Source: Candidatus Bathyarchaeota archaeon (GTDB lineage Archaea > Thermoproteota > Bathyarchaeia > Bathyarchaeales > Bathycorpusculaceae). Taken from it: a DNA stretch of 64,000 nucleotides. Made by a program: the position numbers and the translations under genes. This document shows positions 59,406 through 64,000 of the stretch, one piece after another. The notes below the pieces were generated by a model that had not been told where the DNA came from, ran no database searches, and was given only the letters and a program-made list of their open reading frames with translations. The stretch is from the NCBI GenBank assembly GCA_963828195.1, contig CAWHDT010000005.1, positions 416,001 to 480,000 on the forward strand, read 5' to 3'. Position 1 is the first letter of the stretch; every line of letters starts with the position of its first letter.

Positions 59406-59678
59406 ATGCACAAGGCAGAGCACAAAAGGCGAAAAGAAGTTTTAGACCGTTTAGCCAGAATAGAAGGCCATGTTCACGGGCTCCGAAAAATGGTCGAGGA
59501 AGACAAATCCTGCCCAGAAATTCTCCTGCAAGTTGCCGCAATACGAGCAGCACTAAATAAAGTGTCCCGCATAGTTCTGGAGGACCATATGGAAACCTGC
59601 ATGAAAGATGCAGCCTCGTCAGGAGACACAGAGCAACACCTCGAAGAACTCAAAGACGCACTATCCAAACTGATATAG
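59406..59678 (+). CDS. CsoR/RcnR-family metal-sensing repressor
   Basis: RLARIEGHVHGLRKM, C.EIL.Q, HMETC. Confidence 0.93.
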   Translation: MHKAEHKRRKEVLDRLARIEGHVHGLRKMVEEDKSCPEILLQVAAIRAALNKVSRIVLEDHMETCMKDAASSGDTEQHLEELKDALSKLI

Positions 59679-59689
59679 CCCAGTGAAAA

Positions 59690-61531
59690 ATGAAAATGCA
59701 AATATCACCCAAGCCTGCCCTTATTGCCGTTTTCGCCACTTTGGCTTTAGTAGGCTATATCTCAGCAACATTCGGACTTCTGCATTCGCCAATACCTCTT
59801 TATCTTCAGCTTTCAGGCGCCATTCTCGCATTATGCACTATCGGGGGTAACGCGGCTAAGAGCCTTCACGAACGATCTTTGAGTATGGACCTTTTGGCAA
59901 CAGTAGCCATATTAGCGTCGATTGTCAGCGGGGAATATTTACCTGCAACCATAGTGGGCATAATGCTGCTTGGCGGGGAAATGCTGGAGGATTACGCTCA
60001 GCAACGAAGCACAAGAGCTATACAAAAACTCATGGAAGGGCAACCTCAAACCGCAACGGTTTTGAGAAACGGCCAAGAAGTCCAGATTAAACCCGAGGAC
60101 GTGAAGCTTGGAGAGACAGTCATTGTTAAACCTGGCGCAAAAATCCCCGTGGATGGGATTATCCAAAAGGGTCACGCGTCAATCAATCAGGCTTCGGTAA
60201 CGGGCGAATCGGTTCCTGCTGAAAAATCGGAAGGAGCAAATGTTTACAGTGGAACCATAGTTCAGCAAGGTGCAATTTATTTAACCGCAACGGCAGTCGG
60301 CGAAAAAAGCACCTACGGCAGAATAATCACGATGGTTAAGGAAGCTGAAGAGAAAAAAGCGCCGATAGAACGTACAGCAGATAAATACGCAAAATACTTC
60401 ACACCAACCATATTGATAATAGGTTTAGTTGTATTCGCTTTAACACAGAACATGCTAAGAGTCGCAGCAGTATTCATAATCGCTTGTCCCTGCGCACTAA
60501 TATTATCGACACCGTCCGCCATTGTAGCGAGCATTGGAAATGCGGCGAAAAAAGGAATCCTGATTCGAAATGGAGAAAGCTTGGAAAAAATGGCTAAAAC
60601 CGACGTACTTGTTGTAGATAAAACCGGGACGATCACGAAGGGGAAACTTGAAGTTACAAACATAAAGAGCTTCAGCAATTACTCGTCTAAAGAAATTCTG
60701 CAGTTTGCGGCCACAGCCGAAAAATGTTCGGAACACCCCTTTGCGAAAGCCATTATAGAAAAAGCTCTTCAAGACGGATGCAATCCGCTGGATTCGGAAT
60801 GTTTTGAGCATTATCCAGGTTTGGGGGTTCATGTAGGTAACGGTGCAGCAGGCATTACCGCTGGAAACGAGCGCCTTCTCCAAAAATACGCAGTTCCAAT
60901 GACTCTCGAAGTCCAAAGTTACATTGCGGAACAAGAAATGAATACCGTTGTTTTAGTCGCAAAAGAAAGCTCCCTTGTCGGCGCCATAAGTTTGGCGGAT
61001 CAACCGAGGGATAACGTTAGGAGTATAATGGCGGATGTAAGGGCAAATGGGGTTCCGCGGGTCATAATGTTAACTGGGGACAACAAAAACGTGGCGGAAA
61101 AAGTTGCTGCAGCCTGCGCAATCGACGAGGCCGTATCCAACATGATGCCAGCTGACAAAGTTGATAAAATCAGTGAGCTGAAAAGCCGAGGTTTAACGGT
61201 TGCAATGGTTGGGGATGGAATTAACGATGCTCCCGCTCTTGCTAAGTCGGATGTTGGGGTCGCTATGGGGTTGGGTACGGATGTGGCGATTGAAACCGCT
61301 GGCGTAGTCTTGGTTTCGGATGATTTGGCACGGTTGCCTCAAATGTTTAAGATTGGAAAAACAACGATGTCTGTGATTAAGCAGAACATCGCGTTTGCCT
61401 TGACAGTAGATGCGATCGGCATAGTTTTGTGCAGTCAAGGGTTAATATCGCCTCTGTTTGCTGCCATCATCCATGAAAGTAACGCGCTGATTGTGATGGC
61501 GAACTCGCTGAGGCTTCTCAGAGTCAAATAG
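59690..61531 (+). CDS. heavy-metal P1B-type ATPase lacking an N-terminal metal-binding domain
   Basis: TGES, CPC, DKTGT, SEHP, GDGINDAP, HESNAL. Confidence 0.95.
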   Translation: MKMQISPKPALIAVFATLALVGYISATFGLLHSPIPLYLQLSGAILALCTIGGNAAKSLHERSLSMDLLATVAILASIVSGEYLPATIVGIMLLGGEMLEDYAQQRSTRAIQKLMEGQPQTATVLRNGQEVQIKPEDVKLGETVIVKPGAKIPVDGIIQKGHASINQASVTGESVPAEKSEGANVYSGTIVQQGAIYLTATAVGEKSTYGRIITMVKEAEEKKAPIERTADKYAKYFTPTILIIGLVVFALTQNMLRVAAVFIIACPCALILSTPSAIVASIGNAAKKGILIRNGESLEKMAKTDVLVVDKTGTITKGKLEVTNIKSFSNYSSKEILQFAATAEKCSEHPFAKAIIEKALQDGCNPLDSECFEHYPGLGVHVGNGAAGITAGNERLLQKYAVPMTLEVQSYIAEQEMNTVVLVAKESSLVGAISLADQPRDNVRSIMADVRANGVPRVIMLTGDNKNVAEKVAAACAIDEAVSNMMPADKVDKISELKSRGLTVAMVGDGINDAPALAKSDVGVAMGLGTDVAIETAGVVLVSDDLARLPQMFKIGKTTMSVIKQNIAFALTVDAIGIVLCSQGLISPLFAAIIHESNALIVMANSLRLLRVK

Positions 61532-61600
61532 TGTAGAGCTTGTTTGAATCGGAAAAACTGAAAGTTTATAAATATTCATTTAACTGAAGTTAAAGTCAGG

Positions 61601-62449
61601 TTGAATAATTTGCCCAAGAAAAACCAAACCCTTCTGTTGCGAAACAAAGGTGAATTTACTAAATTCCAAATCCTCCTCGAAGTCATGCACAACCAGCCCC
61701 ACATAAAACAAAAAGAAATCGCTGACACAATGGGAGTCACCATACAAGCCATCTCAAAATACTTTAAAAAACTCACTAAAGAAGGATTTCTCGAAGCTGG
61801 GTCAGGGCGTGCGGATTACCACTTGACTCCTAAAGGCGTAGGTAAACTTCATGATGACCTAAAGAGTCTGGAACGCTACGTTACTTCAGTTAAAAGCGAG
61901 ATAAAGGTTGAACACGCTTGGCCCGCCATAGCTACTCAACCAGTCAAAGCAGGGCAAACAGTTGGTTTAATCGTCAAAGAAGGCGTGATGCATACTGTTG
62001 ATCTGGGGAGTCCAGATACGGAATTAAAAGGGGTAGCCTTGACAGATGCTGAAGTTGGAGAAGATTTGGGGTTAAGTAACCTTCAGGGCAAAATGAACCT
62101 TAAACATGGCAAAATCCTCATCGTTAAATTGCCAAGCATCAGGCAAGGCGGCTCCAGAGCAGTGGACATCGCAAAAGTAAAAGCACTCTACAAAGAGTTC
62201 AAGCCTGATAGGGTAGCGGTGATGGGTGCGGTTGGCAGAGCGGTTCTGAACAAGCTGGGGGTGAAGGCGGACATCGAATTCGGCATCAGCCGAGCCGTCG
62301 CCATAGCAGCTTCTCGCGGGTTAAACGTGTTTGTGCTTGTTGTTGGCAGAATGACCAATCGCATGACCCAAGAGATAGATAATGTGAACATGAAAAGCGC
62401 AGCCAACATAAGCTACGAAGTAAGAGACGCAAAAAATCTCACAGCATAG
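61601..62449 (+). CDS. winged-helix transcriptional regulator (COG1497-like)
   Basis: TKFQILLE, QKEIADTMGVTIQAISKY; C-terminal GGSR. Confidence 0.8.
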   Translation: MNNLPKKNQTLLLRNKGEFTKFQILLEVMHNQPHIKQKEIADTMGVTIQAISKYFKKLTKEGFLEAGSGRADYHLTPKGVGKLHDDLKSLERYVTSVKSEIKVEHAWPAIATQPVKAGQTVGLIVKEGVMHTVDLGSPDTELKGVALTDAEVGEDLGLSNLQGKMNLKHGKILIVKLPSIRQGGSRAVDIAKVKALYKEFKPDRVAVMGAVGRAVLNKLGVKADIEFGISRAVAIAASRGLNVFVLVVGRMTNRMTQEIDNVNMKSAANISYEVRDAKNLTA

Positions 62450-62799
62450 CTCACATATGAAAAGGAATGAAATGCTGATTTTTTATGAGTCCTTGGCATT
62501 TTCTAGTTAAAAAAGAGTTTTTTCTGCATCTTAATTTTTAAGCTATCGCCCTTGCATAGATACGCACTATCCGCAAGTTTCGATGAAACAATCTATTTAT
62601 TTGCAACTTAACGGGATCATGGCAGGCACGAATAATTCAATAGTTTCTGCATCAGATCTTTTCGTTTGTTTTCTTTGCTGCAGTTGTTCTGCCAAATCTC
62701 GAGTTTGGTGATTTAGTAGAGAGCACATGGTTGTGATTTGGGGCTTTATCTTATTAGGGTTTATGAATTATTGATATACTAAAACCAACAGTCAAATCC

Positions 62800-63020
62800 T
62801 TGATTTAAACCCTAAACCAGAAAAACAACCGCAAACAAGCCCTGACCAAAAACCGCGCCTACCTATAGACCTACCTACTATTTGCGCCAAAAAACCAACA
62901 CAAATATGGAAGGCGGAAGAAGAAGAAGAAAAATTGTTTTCATCAGCTTCTTCTTCTTCTTTTGAAATATTGCCAAGAAGAACAACAGTTGCTCTCCGGG
63001 TGTTGTTGTTCTTTCAAAAT
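62800..63020 (+). repeat. modular hairpin repeat R2, copy C (modules M3-M1-M2)
   Basis: Same three blocks as 3747-4010 in permuted order. Confidence 0.85.
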
Positions 63021-63205
63021 TTAAAATCGGTAAAAAAATTCAGCCACAAAAAACATTAAGGCAAAAATAAGCCCATCAGAAAAGGGAGAGAAGAGAGCTA
63101 CTTACCGTTGAAATAACCATGTTAAAGGCGTAAGGGCTACTATTTTGGATTAAAGCGTCAGATAACTGCATTACAAATTAAGAAAAGGGATGTGGGGGAG
63201 GTTGT

Positions 63206-64000
63206 TTATTCTTTCTCGAAGTATTCTTCTGGTTTTGGCGGGGTTGGTGGTAGACCTCTGCGCTCGCGAATCTTCTTAATTGTATCAGCTTGCATCTGCT
63301 CTGGAACTGGTGCCCAGCGACTAAACTGTGTTGCCCAGAAAGCTCTACCCGAAGTTGAACCTCGCAATTCATCAGCGATGCCGAAGCTTTCGGAGACGGG
63401 CATTTCAGCTTTTACAGTGATCATGTCTTCTTCAGATGGCATGTCAAGGATTTTTCCTCGCCTTTTGTTAAGCATTGTGATGACTGCGCTGACGAATTCG
63501 CTTGGAACTTTACATTCGAAACTCATGAGTGGTTCAAGTATTTTTGGGTCGCTCAGCAGTATACAGCAGTATATTGGTCGCCAGGTCATTGGAATAGCTT
63601 GTGCTGGTCCACGGTGGACTGGGTCTTCATGCAGCACTATGTCTTCTAGGTTGATTTTCAAGCCGTAAGCTGGTTCTTTAGCTAATGGCGATGTATGGAC
63701 TGCTTCACGGAACCCACCTTTAATGTGGTCTAAAATTTCCTCGACATATTGTCTTCCATGAATGCGATTGACAAGGATGCAGTTTTCTTCTACAGCAACT
63801 GCGCCTTTTGCTTCGTCTGCTTCCCATCCTAAAGCCCGCAAGGTTTTCGTTCTCTCATCTTTGCTCTGCATATCACTAATTTTATCAGACTTTATAGCTT
63901 CAATCACTTCATCTGATAACTTCTCAATAGTTATCCAAAGTTTGTTATGTTTGTTGGGGCTTTTACCCATGATCGCTGGACCGCGGTAGTCATGACTGAT
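63206..64000 (-). CDS. fusA: translation elongation factor EF-2 family, 3' part (5' end outside the window)
   Basis: KSPNKHNK, HEDPVHRGPAQ, LRGSTSGRAFW, IRERRGL. Confidence 0.92.
   Translation of the reverse strand: MSHDYRGPAIMGKSPNKHNKLWITIEKLSDEVIEAIKSDKISDMQSKDERTKTLRALGWEADEAKGAVAVEENCILVNRIHGRQYVEEILDHIKGGFREAVHTSPLAKEPAYGLKINLEDIVLHEDPVHRGPAQAIPMTWRPIYCCILLSDPKILEPLMSFECKVPSEFVSAVITMLNKRRGKILDMPSEEDMITVKAEMPVSESFGIADELRGSTSGRAFWATQFSRWAPVPEQMQADTIKKIRERRGLPPTPPKPEEYFEKE

Noticed and set aside
1-64000. Intact transposase, integrase or provirus
   Set aside because: No DDE, HUH, serine or tyrosine recombinase and no virion structural ORF recognised; the mobilising enzyme for R1/R2, if any, is outside this window.

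Overview
Archaeal chromosomal window, most likely Bathyarchaeia. This is an inference from the TACK-type exosome/proteasome operon, an eL22-like protein, a dockerin-type secreted protein, HTH_45-type regulators and AfpA/Isf. Core genes include psmA-SBDS-rrp4-rrp41-rrp42-rpl37ae, pcc1, two PAC2 chaperones, mvaA, nreA, sufCB, tRNA-Asp, fba, a Ni/Co homeostasis locus and the 3' end of EF-2. They are interleaved with accessory DNA: five toxin-antitoxin loci (three with broken toxins), an MrfAB-like helicase/exonuclease pair and a PLD nuclease plus DNA methyltransferase. The most interesting signals are non-coding. (1) A dispersed ~0.5 kb repeat (R1; three long copies and one short) appears to be the decayed nuclease-domain end of a viral terminase large subunit. 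It carries GTTGCGACTT iterons and a sharp GT-rich to AC-rich strand switch, and every copy sits next to TA or R-M cargo. (2) Two paralogous, covarying ~85-nt hairpins 20 kb apart each have a conserved promoter-like box and T-run, and look like an unannotated ncRNA family. (3) A modular hairpin repeat (R2) occurs in circularly permuted order. All family assignments come from reading motifs by eye; no database search was run.
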